From Chthoniobacteraceae bacterium (GTDB taxonomy: Bacteria > Verrucomicrobiota > Verrucomicrobiia > Chthoniobacterales > Chthoniobacteraceae), in NCBI GenBank assembly GCA_037190965.1, contig JBBCKI010000069.1:1-43238 (forward strand): DNA of 43,238 nt, given 5' to 3'. This document shows, piece by piece, positions 27,601 to 37,212 of this stretch. The first letter of the stretch is position 1, and the number at the start of each line of letters is the position of its first letter. The position numbers and the translations under genes are program-made. The notes below the pieces were generated by a model, which made no database searches, was not told the origin of the DNA, and was given only the letters and a program-made list of their open reading frames with translations.

Positions 27601-28922
27601 TTAGTTCCCCCTTCGCTATCGCCATCCGATGCCAGGATACCCGGGAAGTGCCATAAGCACCCGCTGTACAACATTCCCGCGAACGACGTGATCTGGTTAT
27701 GCCACGTCAAGCCGATCACCAGATAGCTCCCCCAAAGCAGCATCAGGACCAGCCGGTCGCTCCTTATGATCGCTCCATTGAAGAGCCTGCTGAAGCCTAA
27801 TGCCAAAAGAAGAAGATAGCTAAGCCCCCCGGGAATTCCCGCCTCTCCCCAAACCGTGATGTAGAGGTTGTGCGCCCCAATCGTCAGGGCCGCGAAACGG
27901 TTCCTCTCCATTTGAAATGTATACATCCCATGCCCGTACCACGGCCCATCGAGCGCCTGCATCGCAGCGGCCCGGGCAATATCGGTACGGCCCAGTTCTC
28001 CGCTTTTCCGCACATCCTTTTCCGAAAAATCGAGAATGCGCTGTATCTGGCGGTTCTTCGACAATTCGAACGTTCCCTCCGGAGCAAGTTTTACAACCAC
28101 CGCTGCCGCGCCTCCGAGGGCCAGCAACCCAAAGAGAACCGATGCCACCGCTCCTGTACTCCAGCGCAGCGACCGGAGCTGCCCGATTCCATAGATCAGC
28201 CCACATAGCAAGAGAACATAAGCCCCCGTGCGCGATGCCGTCAGGAAAATACCGGTCACGGCCGCAATCCTGCCTAACCAGGCCAGAGGCCCGCGAATCC
28301 AGCAGGACATCAGCAGAGCGAACAAGTAGGCAAACGAAGCCTCGTCCGGATTACTCCAGATTCCCGCTGGGCGTTCCACATTGAACGCCGTCGCCGTGGG
28401 ATCGTGCGCCCGTGCCAGCTGCAACACGATGTCAGGACGCCCGATCTCCCAGACGGCAATGCCCATGTTGACGATTGCGGCAACCTGAACCCACCTCGCG
28501 AACCCGCGAAGGGCAACCCTGCCGGTCACGACCATCGCCAATCCGCCGATCACCAGCATCGCCTTGAGACCAGTCTTGGCTACCTCGTCCAACGGCATCT
28601 CGGGCGGAGCGACCAGCGCCCCCCAATAGCAATAGAAGAGCACCCAGGCTAGATACGGCGCGACCCATCGCAGGTTACGCACTGCGGAATACTCAAAGAA
28701 GATGATCGTCGCCGCACAGCCGATGATTGCGAGATAGACGCCGTAAAGCAACTGGGAGGAAATCAGGATCAGGAACGGCATCGCGCCGATGTAAACCACC
28801 ATCAGCACGGCAAGCAGGAACCCGCGTGCCAACGAAGGGAGCAAAGTCGGCCGTTCCATGCGGATGGACAGCCCGAGATCCTCGGAATCGACTCCTGAAA
28901 GACTGGTAGGATTCATTGCCAT
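27597..28922 (-). CDS. O-antigen ligase-like / Wzy polymerase
   Basis: About 11 TM segments, RPAGIWSNPDE, LTASRTG, R...AHNLY...E.G in the large periplasmic loop. Start set at 28922 after a GAGG/GGGGG RBS. Confidence 0.82.
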   Translation of the reverse strand: MAMNPTSLSGVDSEDLGLSIRMERPTLLPSLARGFLLAVLMVVYIGAMPFLILISSQLLYGVYLAIIGCAATIIFFEYSAVRNLRWVAPYLAWVLFYCYWGALVAPPEMPLDEVAKTGLKAMLVIGGLAMVVTGRVALRGFARWVQVAAIVNMGIAVWEIGRPDIVLQLARAHDPTATAFNVERPAGIWSNPDEASFAYLFALLMSCWIRGPLAWLGRIAAVTGIFLTASRTGAYVLLLCGLIYGIGQLRSLRWSTGAVASVLFGLLALGGAAAVVVKLAPEGTFELSKNRQIQRILDFSEKDVRKSGELGRTDIARAAAMQALDGPWYGHGMYTFQMERNRFAALTIGAHNLYITVWGEAGIPGGLSYLLLLALGFSRLFNGAIIRSDRLVLMLLWGSYLVIGLTWHNQITSFAGMLYSGCLWHFPGILASDGDSEGGTK

Positions 28923-29029
28923 GACGCCCCCGATTCCTCTCGATGAAATCCTAATACCTTGTGACAGTAACACCGCAGCCCTGGATCAGAAAGACAATCT
29001 AGGTGCGTCATTTTATCTTTTACAAAGCA

Positions 29030-31216
29030 CTAGTCTTCCAGGGACGGCTTTTTTGCCGCCTCCGATCCATTCACAATGGAAAGCCCTCCCTTGCCAGATC
29101 CGCCAGCTATTTTCAATTCCTCCGCTGCCCGGTAGTAGCCCGAATAGTCGTCGGTGCGGAAACGCCGCACTCCATTGAGAACAAATCCGTCCACCGTCGC
29201 CTCCGCCTTCCTGAGCTTGCGCAAAGCGGCGTTCACCACTTGGATCGACGTTCTTCCCGCGCGAATGACCAGAGAGATCGTTTCCACCTGCCCGACAATA
29301 AGGAGCGTGTCGCTGACGGCGTTAACGGGCGCAGTGTCAATCACCACACACTGAAAGTGATCCTTCGCCCAACGAATGACGGAACCCATGCCATCCTTGG
29401 CGAGGAGCTCCGCCGCCTTTGACGTTCGGCTGCCCGCGCAGAGAATGGAAAGATTCTCGATCCCGGATTTCTGAATCACGCACTCCAGGTCCATCCCCTT
29501 TGAAAGAACATCGGAAAGCCCGGGATACATCTCCCCGCCAAAGAAGATCCCCCCCACCGTCGGCAGACGAAGGTCCGCATCGATCAATAGAGTCGACAGC
29601 CCCTGCTGGGCATATGCCACGGCGGTATTGATGGCGCAGAAGCTCTTCCCCTCCCCGGGAACGGCACTGGTGAACAGAAAGGTTCGCCCCCGGCGCCCGG
29701 AGCTCCTCACAGGACTCAACAGCGAGAGCGAGGTACGCAATGTCCGGAATGACTCCGCCGCGCCCGACCCCGCATCACTCAGAAGCGGGAGACTATCCGC
29801 CAACGAACGAACCCGCCTCACCAACGGCACCGCCGCAAGCGCCGGGATCTGCCCCAGAAGCCCCTCGGCCTCTTCCACCGTGCGCAATGACCGGTCCAGC
29901 GAGCGATTGAGCAGCGCAATCCCGCACCCGAAGCCAAGACCGCCAAAGAGCGCCAAGATCATGGTCCTCTTTTTGTGGGGTTTTACAGGCGTATCGGAGA
30001 CAATCGGCGGCGATACCACGCGCACCGCATTCTGAACGATATTCTTGGTCACGTCGCTCTCCTTCAACCGCTTCAAGACGGACTCGTAGAGGGCTCTGTC
30101 GGAGTGGACCTCGGAACTGAGCGCGCTATAGGCAATCGCCTTCTTGTTCAGTTCAAGGGCCGTCCGCTCCTGATCACGAAGAGCGCCCTCGATCCGCTTC
30201 TCCATCGCCACCGCAGCGTGATAGGACTGCGCGACACTCTCGGCCCCTTTGACAATGGCTTGCTCGAGCCCCTCCTTCAGTTCCGCGAGTTCACTCGTTG
30301 CCGCGATGTACTTGGGATGAAGCGGCTTGTAACGCTTGCGAAGCGTAGCGACCTCCGTTTCCTTAATCTGAATATTGCGCTGCAGGTCATTGACGGGCCC
30401 GGAGTTTGCAACGCTGGCAATCGTCAGAAGCTCGCGTGGATTGTCGCGTTTCATCTGCGAGAGCAAAGCGTTGTCGGTCTCGAGCCGAAGCCGTACCGTC
30501 TTGGCCTCCATCACCCGTGTATTCATTTCCTTGAGCTTCTCCACCACAAGGTTCTGCTTGTCTTCAAGGGAAACTGTCTGCGTCTGCTCCCGGTACTCCT
30601 GCAGAGCCGCCTCGGACTTCTCCAGCCTCGAACGCAAACGCGCTGCTTCCCCGAGCATGAAATCATGCGCCATTTGCGATGACTCCAGCCGCCCCTTAAA
30701 GCCTTGCCGTATAAACTCCTCGATAACCAATCCCGCCAGCTTCCCCGCCAGCTTCGGGTTGCGGTCATCCACGGAAACATCGATCAGGCGCGACCCAGGG
30801 CGAATTTTCGCCCGAAGCCGCCCTGCCAATTGGGTCTCCAAGGCCTCCAATGACGCAGGGCGTTTCACTTCGGGGAGAAACTCCGGGTCATCGACAAGAT
30901 TCCCCTGCGCGATCACTTGCATCAACAAACCCGGGCTGCTCAGATTCTGCTCGATCGTCATCAACACCTCCTGCGCCCTCAGGTCCTCCGCCCTCACCCC
31001 GTCAAGAACCACCAGGCTTCTTTCCTCCTGTTCAACCTGGAGAATCGCCTCCGCACGATAGATCTTCGGGCTGCGCGAGAGATAGAATGCCCCAAGCGCA
31101 AGTGCCGCGATCACGCACAGGACGATCAATCGCGCCCTCTCCCGCAACGCATCCAGGATGGCATGAAGATCGGCGCCCATCGATTCCCCGAACCGGATTG
31201 AAGAAGGTTGATTCAT
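29030..31216 (-). CDS. wzc: Polysaccharide co-polymerase / BY tyrosine kinase (Wzc/GumC)
   Basis: Two TMs flanking a coiled-coil periplasmic domain, ESFRTLRT, Walker A SAVPGEGKS, LLIDADLR, VVIDTAP, short Tyr cluster DDYSGYY. Confidence 0.92.
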   Translation of the reverse strand: MNQPSSIRFGESMGADLHAILDALRERARLIVLCVIAALALGAFYLSRSPKIYRAEAILQVEQEERSLVVLDGVRAEDLRAQEVLMTIEQNLSSPGLLMQVIAQGNLVDDPEFLPEVKRPASLEALETQLAGRLRAKIRPGSRLIDVSVDDRNPKLAGKLAGLVIEEFIRQGFKGRLESSQMAHDFMLGEAARLRSRLEKSEAALQEYREQTQTVSLEDKQNLVVEKLKEMNTRVMEAKTVRLRLETDNALLSQMKRDNPRELLTIASVANSGPVNDLQRNIQIKETEVATLRKRYKPLHPKYIAATSELAELKEGLEQAIVKGAESVAQSYHAAVAMEKRIEGALRDQERTALELNKKAIAYSALSSEVHSDRALYESVLKRLKESDVTKNIVQNAVRVVSPPIVSDTPVKPHKKRTMILALFGGLGFGCGIALLNRSLDRSLRTVEEAEGLLGQIPALAAVPLVRRVRSLADSLPLLSDAGSGAAESFRTLRTSLSLLSPVRSSGRRGRTFLFTSAVPGEGKSFCAINTAVAYAQQGLSTLLIDADLRLPTVGGIFFGGEMYPGLSDVLSKGMDLECVIQKSGIENLSILCAGSRTSKAAELLAKDGMGSVIRWAKDHFQCVVIDTAPVNAVSDTLLIVGQVETISLVIRAGRTSIQVVNAALRKLRKAEATVDGFVLNGVRRFRTDDYSGYYRAAEELKIAGGSGKGGLSIVNGSEAAKKPSLED

Positions 31217-31836
31217 CAGAATAGTCTTTCCCCTACGGTCACTACATCCCCAGGTTTGATCTCGACCGTGCGGCTATCTCCGTCCCGGGCCATCTTTTTG
31301 GCGTTGAGTTTGATGACGGTTTCCGCCCCGTTGATCATTCGCTTCAGGGTGATCTTTCCCGGCTCGGCGATCCGCGTATAGCCTCCCGCCATCCCGATCG
31401 CCTCCAGGAGCCCGATGGAATCATGATCGGGCAGTTCATAGGCCCCCGGCTTTTGCACCTCGCCCAGCACGGTGAAACGCCGCTTGGAATAGTCGCGAAC
31501 CGTCACGCTCACCTGGGGATTCACCAGATAGTCTTTGGCCAGCAGAGAGCGGATCGTAGCGGCCGCTCCCTGCGCGCTCATTCCCCCCACCCGCACCACG
31601 CCGATCAAGGGAAAATTGATGGTCCCGTCTTTGGAGATACGCACGGTGGAGTTGAGGTCATCCTCCTGGAAGACCCTGATCTCAATCATGTCATTAGGGC
31701 GGAGATCATAGTTGGAAGATCGAAGTCGCACCGTCGGCTCAGGCGCTCCCTGAGGCCGCTGGGGCTCCGCCTGCAATGGCTGGGCCGCTACGACAGTGAC
31801 AATGAGCAAAGCGAGCCTAAGAAGAAAGGTGCGCAT
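31216..31836 (-). CDS. wza: Short periplasmic OPX/Wza-like polysaccharide export protein (Poly_export + one SLBB)
   Basis: YDLRPNDMIEIRVFQEDDL...DGTINFPLIG...YLVNPQVSV; VLGEVQKPGAY; ends PGDVVTVGERLF. 206 aa from ATG 31836. Confidence 0.88.
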   Translation of the reverse strand: MRTFLLRLALLIVTVVAAQPLQAEPQRPQGAPEPTVRLRSSNYDLRPNDMIEIRVFQEDDLNSTVRISKDGTINFPLIGVVRVGGMSAQGAAATIRSLLAKDYLVNPQVSVTVRDYSKRRFTVLGEVQKPGAYELPDHDSIGLLEAIGMAGGYTRIAEPGKITLKRMINGAETVIKLNAKKMARDGDSRTVEIKPGDVVTVGERLF

Positions 31837-31880
31837 AAATGGCAGTTGTATGAACGAGGCGAACCCGGCGACGCGCTCTT

Positions 31881-33308
31881 TCAGAAAGCGAAATTGAGTT
31901 CGAACCCCACTTGATTGTCGGTGAAGGAATTGCCCGGATGGTTGGAAGAATCCCTCTGGAAGTTGTAGAAAATCTCGGCATTGCCCCAACGGGTAAAATC
32001 AAAGGCGATCGCCGCCCGCCCAAAGAAATAGTGATCATTGCGGTTGGTGGTGGAGTCGTTGGTCACAGCATGGTAATCGAGGTTCTCGTATCCTCCGGTC
32101 AGCGTGAGATAGAACCGCTGAAGGAAGCGCTGGCGTATTTTGAGATCCACGCCTGTTCGCGTATAATCCGCTCCCGCCAGCAAAGCGGACGCCTCCGCCA
32201 ATCGATAACTGGTCAACGACAGGGTCGTCCCGTCGAAGGGAACATAGCTAATGCCCAAGCCAAAAACGGGGTTGTTTCTAAACGAGGAACCCCGCTGCAC
32301 GTCGCGGTACTCGCCACCCAACCTGCCATTGAAGGAAAGCTTTTCCGAAAAATCGTAAACGGCACGCACCAGAACCCGAGCGTAGGGCTGGTTATCACTC
32401 CCCTGCACCGTGAGAATCCCGAAGCCCACCCCGGGGGCAATCTTCAGCTTTGGCGTGATCTGAATGTTCAGCCACTCCTCGGTTTGGAATTCCCCGGAGT
32501 CAATAAGTCCCTGGTATTGAGTACTGGTGTAGGAAACATTGGACTCCAGGGAGGTTTTCCCGCTCAATTCATAGTTTGCCCTGACCGCTCCGCTCAGGAT
32601 ATACCGGCGCACCCTTCTCCCGGCGTCGATATCGGGGCTGGAGAGCGATTGAAACTTTCCCTCAAGTCCCAGGGAGAGTTTGCTGCCCATCCACCCGATG
32701 CTAAGCAGCGCATCCTGATCGTAGGCATTTTGTTCCGAGTGATCGACAAAGAAGAGATAAGTGCCGGAATAGTCCACGAGAAAGAAGTTCCCGAACGGCT
32801 GCGGAGGAGCTTCATAGATGCGCGGCACGTTGCGCGCCTCGCGCAGGGTATAGAGCGGCGCCTGGACCTCCCCCAAACCGAGTCGCAGTCCAAACCCGGC
32901 AAAGCCGATAAAGTCCGACTGTTTTCCCGATCGCTGAATGAAGATATTGTCGTCGTAATACCCCCCAATCCTGAAATGAGGAAAGACGTTCTTACGCCAG
33001 CCCGTCCGGACCCCTCCCCCGGCAATCACATTATCCATGCCTGGAAGATCGGATTCCTCGAAGATCGGTTCGGCAGGATATTCCAGAAAAGACTCCAGGT
33101 TGGAATCTGCATTCGAGGCAGGTTCCGCAACGACCGCCTCTTCAACAACCATCGGTTCAGGCACCGGCGCCAAGGGAGGTTCTATATTTGGGGGAGGAAG
33201 CGGTTCGACAGGAACTCCTGCCATTTCTTCGGCAGTAAGGTGGGTAGAAAATGCAGCGAGGACAAAAAGGAACAGCGCGCCCCCGCTCACCGTAAAAAGT
33301 ATTTTCAA
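31881..33308 (-). CDS. Outer-membrane beta-barrel, polysaccharide export associated (BBP2/EpsX-like)
   Basis: Signal peptide, Pro/Glu-rich N-terminus, YYDDNIF motif, alternating aromatic strands, C-terminal BAM signal GFELNFAF. TTG 33308 preferred; ATG 33362 possible. Confidence 0.8.
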   Translation of the reverse strand: MKILFTVSGGALFLFVLAAFSTHLTAEEMAGVPVEPLPPPNIEPPLAPVPEPMVVEEAVVAEPASNADSNLESFLEYPAEPIFEESDLPGMDNVIAGGGVRTGWRKNVFPHFRIGGYYDDNIFIQRSGKQSDFIGFAGFGLRLGLGEVQAPLYTLREARNVPRIYEAPPQPFGNFFLVDYSGTYLFFVDHSEQNAYDQDALLSIGWMGSKLSLGLEGKFQSLSSPDIDAGRRVRRYILSGAVRANYELSGKTSLESNVSYTSTQYQGLIDSGEFQTEEWLNIQITPKLKIAPGVGFGILTVQGSDNQPYARVLVRAVYDFSEKLSFNGRLGGEYRDVQRGSSFRNNPVFGLGISYVPFDGTTLSLTSYRLAEASALLAGADYTRTGVDLKIRQRFLQRFYLTLTGGYENLDYHAVTNDSTTNRNDHYFFGRAAIAFDFTRWGNAEIFYNFQRDSSNHPGNSFTDNQVGFELNFAF

Positions 33309-33449
33309 CCAACCCTCGAGGCTCTCTTTCCGATGATAACATTTAAATGATGCCACGGACATTGAATCGGGTGCAACCCGACAGGAAGACGCCCACCGAT
33401 ATGCTGGTGAGAACCTTCATCAGCCCCGCGGGCAATACCTGAAGCAGGC

Positions 33450-34403
33450 TTAGCGACTATGCCGGGCGGTCAAGGCAACGAAAACGTCTTCCAGCGAAGG
33501 AGCGATGGCGCGGATCTCCGCGCTGACAATGCCCGCCCCCGCGAGATAACCGCGGATTTTCTCGTCGCTTACCCGTTCGTCAACCAGAAGGTGCATCGAC
33601 TGGCCGAAGATCGTCGCCGTCTCGATCCCCTCGCGATGCCGTAACGCCTGAAGCCCCGTGGTGACATGGTCGCACGTTACGTCGACACGCCGCGTCCCGG
33701 GCGGATTCACCTCCGGCATCTGTTTCAGATCATCCGGCACGCCACAGACCACCAGCTTCGAGAGATGGATATAACCGACATGGGAGCACCGCTCCGCTTC
33801 ATCCATGTAGTGCGTCGTGACAAAGAGCGTCATCCCGCGCCCCGAAAACTCGAAGAGAAGATCCCATAACTCCCGGCGTGCCACCGGATCGATACCGGCC
33901 GTCGGCTCGTCCAGAAAAAGGACGCGCGGTTCATGCATCAACGCACATGCCATCGCGAGCCGTTGCCGCCAACCTCCCGAAAGAAGCGCGGCGCGGCGGT
34001 GCAGATATGGCTCCAAATGCGTCAGGGCAACCAGATCATCATACCGGCTCCGCAGCTTCTCCCGCCGCAGCCCGTAAAGCTTCCCGTAAAAAACCAGGTT
34101 CTCGTCCACGGTCAGTTCATCGTAGAGCGAGAACTTCTGTGACATGTAACCAATGGTTCCCTTGAGCTCCGCGCTCTCGGCGGCGACGTCCAGCCCGTCG
34201 ATACGGGCAATTCCCTCCGTCGGTTGCAGGATCCCGCAGAGCATCCGGATGACCGTCGATTTCCCCGAGCCATTCGGCCCCAAAAATCCAAAAATTGCCC
34301 CCCGCTTGACCGAAAAGCTGACCTGATCAACCGCCGTGAAGTTGCCAAAACGCCGCGTCAATCCGCAGCATTCGATCATCGGCCGCTCGGGGTCATTAGT
34401 CAT
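33450..34403 (-). CDS. ABC-2 type transporter ATP-binding protein (YbhF/DrrA-like)
   Basis: GPNGSGKST, GYMSQKFSLY, LSGGWRQRL, FLDEPTAGIDP, TTHYMDEAE, PSLEDVF. Confidence 0.93.
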   Translation of the reverse strand: MTNDPERPMIECCGLTRRFGNFTAVDQVSFSVKRGAIFGFLGPNGSGKSTVIRMLCGILQPTEGIARIDGLDVAAESAELKGTIGYMSQKFSLYDELTVDENLVFYGKLYGLRREKLRSRYDDLVALTHLEPYLHRRAALLSGGWRQRLAMACALMHEPRVLFLDEPTAGIDPVARRELWDLLFEFSGRGMTLFVTTHYMDEAERCSHVGYIHLSKLVVCGVPDDLKQMPEVNPPGTRRVDVTCDHVTTGLQALRHREGIETATIFGQSMHLLVDERVSDEKIRGYLAGAGIVSAEIRAIAPSLEDVFVALTARHSR

Positions 34404-35359
34404 TTCCGCCCTTCCGCTCCCCCGCCGGTGAAGCTGACTTCGCCCGACATGCCGGCCCGGAGCTTCCCGTCTGCGCCATCAAGCCGGATCTTGACGCCGA
34501 AAACCTGCCGCATCCGATCCCCGGGCGTCTGCACATTGCGCGGTGTAAATTCCGCAACGCGATTGATTTGTTCCACAGCCCCCTGAAAGAAACTGTTCCG
34601 ATCGCCGTCCACTCTCACGCTCACAACATCCCCCAACGCGATTCTTCCCAACCACGGCGCGGGAACATAGACCCGCATCCATAGTGAATCGGGCAGAATC
34701 AACGTGGCGATCTCCCGATTCGCGGGAACGACATCCCCCCGTTTAACGCTCAGCACCTCCACGATACTTTCCCCTGGCGCGACAATCCGCGTCTCCGCAA
34801 GCTGCGCCTCTATCTCCGCCAACTGCGCTCGCGCCTGTTTGAGACGCTCGGGGCGAGTGCCTTCGCGCAAGAGTTCATAGCGGTATCGCGACGCCTCCGC
34901 GCTTTTGCGCAGCGCATTGGCGACACTGGCGGTTTTCTCCGCCTCGGAGGAGGAAACCGCCTTCTGTTTGACGAGTTCTTCGCTCCGCTTTGCGTCGGCC
35001 TCCGCGAAGACGACCTGCGCCTTCAGCGATTCCCACTCCCGTAGCGTGGCGGCAATCTCGTTCTCACGCGGGCCGCGTTCCAGTTCCTCCAATTGTGCCG
35101 CGGCCAGATCGCGCCGGGCCTGAAGTTCCGCGGCATCCAGCACCGCGATCACATCGCCCGCCTTGAGCCGATCACCCTCCTGAAAGGGAAGCTTCTCGAT
35201 CCGCCCGCCATACCGGGAAGCCACATGCACTTCGTCCACCTCAATGGTCCCGGAGATCGTCTCGTGCGAACGGGAATCACCACCCGGCCAAAACCAGAAT
35301 GCCGCCACTCCAACCGGCAGCAACATGAGCAGTTTGATAAACCCGGAAATCTTAGACAT
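34400..35359 (-). CDS. HlyD-family membrane fusion protein (YbhG-like)
   Basis: N-terminal anchor, SGTIEVDEVHVASRYGGRI, coiled hairpin, AEFTPRNVQT...R...VFGVKI, LRAGM. Confidence 0.9.
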   Translation of the reverse strand: MSKISGFIKLLMLLPVGVAAFWFWPGGDSRSHETISGTIEVDEVHVASRYGGRIEKLPFQEGDRLKAGDVIAVLDAAELQARRDLAAAQLEELERGPRENEIAATLREWESLKAQVVFAEADAKRSEELVKQKAVSSSEAEKTASVANALRKSAEASRYRYELLREGTRPERLKQARAQLAEIEAQLAETRIVAPGESIVEVLSVKRGDVVPANREIATLILPDSLWMRVYVPAPWLGRIALGDVVSVRVDGDRNSFFQGAVEQINRVAEFTPRNVQTPGDRMRQVFGVKIRLDGADGKLRAGMSGEVSFTGGGAEGRK

Positions 35360-35568
35360 GGCTTAAACGAAGGGTGCCCAGAGCGTAACGAAACCTGTCT
35401 CGCGTGCAAACGTGGAATCTCGGGAGAAGGACGGAAAAAGACGGTGTGGGCGAGCTACCGCGCCGCTCTTCGATTCTTCCCGGTTTTCCTTCGGTTCCCC
35501 CATGCGTTCGCCCCTTCGGTTTCCTCCTTGCGCTTCGGCTTGAAATCGTATCGCATCGCTCCCTTTCC

Positions 35569-35850
35569 ATGCAACCGCAACTCACCTCCGCCGACCGCCG
35601 CCGCCTTCGGGGCAAGGCACAGCTTCTCGAACCCATTTTGAAAGTAGGCCACGGTGGGGTCTCCCCCGCGTTTCTGAAAAGCGCCGACGAAGCCCTCGCC
35701 CTTCACGAACTGATCAAGATCAAGTTCACCGACTTCAAGGAGGAGAAGCACGAACTGGCGGAAAAAATCGCGACGGAAACCGCCAGCGCGCTGGTGCAAG
35801 TGGTCGGCAACGTGGCCGTCTTCTATCGCCAGAAGCCGGTAGCGGCCTAG
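35569..35850 (+). CDS. yhbY: YhbY/CRM-domain RNA-binding ribosome assembly protein
   Basis: LTSADRRRLRGKAQLLEPILKVGHGG...ALALHELIKIKF...VQVVGNVAVFYR; ATG at 35569. Confidence 0.92.
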   Translation: MQPQLTSADRRRLRGKAQLLEPILKVGHGGVSPAFLKSADEALALHELIKIKFTDFKEEKHELAEKIATETASALVQVVGNVAVFYRQKPVAA

Positions 35851-35852
35851 GC

Positions 35853-36869
35853 CTACAGAGCCTTCCCCACTGGGACCAGGTAGGGCGGCAGTTCTTCCAT
35901 CAGCCGTTTGAAGGACTGGAAATCGACCTGCTGCTGCCCGTCGCTCAACGCCTTGGCGGGGTTGGGGTGAACCTCGATAATCAACCCGTCCGCCCCCACC
36001 GCGACGGCGCCACGGCAGAGCATATGGATCAGGCTGGCGCGCCCCGCGCCCTGGCTGGGATCGACGATCACGGGAAGGTGCGACTCCAGCTTGGCCACGG
36101 CCACCGCCGAGAGATCGAGCGTGTTGCGGGTATATGTCTCGAACGTGCGGATACCGCGCTCGCAAAGCATGACGCGGGGATTCCCGTGCGCCAGAATGTA
36201 TTCCGCCGAAAGGAGCCACTCCTCGATCTTCTGGCTAAGCCCGCGCTTGAGCAGGATCGGCTTGCCGGAACGCGCGGCTTCGATGAGGAGCTGGAAATTC
36301 TGCGCATTGCGCGCGCCGATCTGCAGGATATCCGCCGACGCCGCCACGTGATCCACGTCGCGCTCGCTGAGCACTTCGGTGATGATCTTGAGACCGGTCT
36401 CCTGCTTGGCCGCCTGAAGAAGCCGCAGCCCCTCCTTGCCCAGCCCCTGGAATTCATAAGGCGACGTGCGCGGTTTGTAGGCGCCGCCTCTCAAAATCGT
36501 GGCCCCGGCCGCCTTGACGGCGCGCGCCGTCGCGAAAAGCTGTTCCTCGCTTTCCACGGAACATGGCCCCGCCATAACCGTGAAATTCTTCCCGCCCACC
36601 TTGACGCCGTCCACGTCGATCACGCTGTCCTCCGGGTGTGATTCACGGCTCACCAGCGTGTACCGCTTTTGCACGCGCATCACCTTTTCGACCTGCGCCA
36701 ACACCATCAGACTCTCCAGCGTGTGATGGGTGCGCTCATCGCCGATCGCCGCCACCACGGTTTGCTCCGCGCCGTAGATGGGACGGGGTTCATACCCGAG
36801 CCTGGCAACTTCCTGAAGCACCTCTTCGACCTGTTCGCGAGGAGTGTGGGGCCTGATGACGATAATCAT
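35853..36869 (-). CDS. aroF: DAHP synthase class I-beta with N-terminal ACT-like regulatory domain
   Basis: [20 protein letters not shown] (KPRTS indicates DAHPS rather than KDO8PS), [27 protein letters not shown]. Confidence 0.95.
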   Translation of the reverse strand: MIIVIRPHTPREQVEEVLQEVARLGYEPRPIYGAEQTVVAAIGDERTHHTLESLMVLAQVEKVMRVQKRYTLVSRESHPEDSVIDVDGVKVGGKNFTVMAGPCSVESEEQLFATARAVKAAGATILRGGAYKPRTSPYEFQGLGKEGLRLLQAAKQETGLKIITEVLSERDVDHVAASADILQIGARNAQNFQLLIEAARSGKPILLKRGLSQKIEEWLLSAEYILAHGNPRVMLCERGIRTFETYTRNTLDLSAVAVAKLESHLPVIVDPSQGAGRASLIHMLCRGAVAVGADGLIIEVHPNPAKALSDGQQQVDFQSFKRLMEELPPYLVPVGKAL

Positions 36870-36928
36870 GGAAGCAATGAAAGCAGAAACGCGGAATTGT
36901 AAAACCCGAAAAACGGATTTGAAGGTCT

Positions 36929-37088
36929 GGTAGACCGCTCTCGCCGAGAGCGCGGGATCGGTGAAGAGTCACGTTCAGACTCCATCCCCGCAGGATGGCC
37001 TGCTGTTACCGGGATGCGGCCCCTCATGAAGCCGCCGAAGTCGATACCCGCGCTCGACGGTGCGAGCGTGCTACCGGTGCTACCGCAC
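36929..37088 (+). mobile_element. GTAG-type REP doublet (REPIN/MITE-like), copy 1
   Basis: GGTAGACCGCTCTCGCCGAGAGCGCGGGATCG ... CGATACCCGCGCTCGACGGTGCGAGCGTGCTACC are inverted arms, each with an internal hairpin. Homologous to 43090-43238. Confidence 0.8.
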
Positions 37089-37141
37089 CCTTCTCATTTT
37101 CCGTCGCTTTCCCGCGAGGAACCGGCGTTTTCCTCCGGCCC

Positions 37142-37170
37142 TTGCATCCGCGCACAATCGCCAATATCAT
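37142..37170 (+). promoter_or_regulatory. sigma70-type promoter of the LOG-family gene
   Basis: TTGCAT-17 bp-TATCAT, 42 bp upstream of ATG 37213. Confidence 0.55.
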
Positions 37171-37212
37171 TGAGGGCCAGCACCTTTAGTTTACCCTCCC
37201 TCCCCAGATTTT

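Noticed and set aside
11859..33308. PEP-CTERM/exosortase system
   Set aside because: AsnB, FemAB-like and barrel genes often accompany it, but no exosortase gene or PEP-CTERM tail is visible here.
31911..33350. 479-aa plus-strand ORF
   Set aside because: Antisense to the beta-barrel gene, which fits the operon and has a signal peptide and BAM motif.
33385..33405. ops/JUMPstart-like element upstream of the EPS operon (ATCGGTGGGCGT on the minus strand)
   Set aside because: Poor match to GGCGGTAG and no NusG paralogue in the window.
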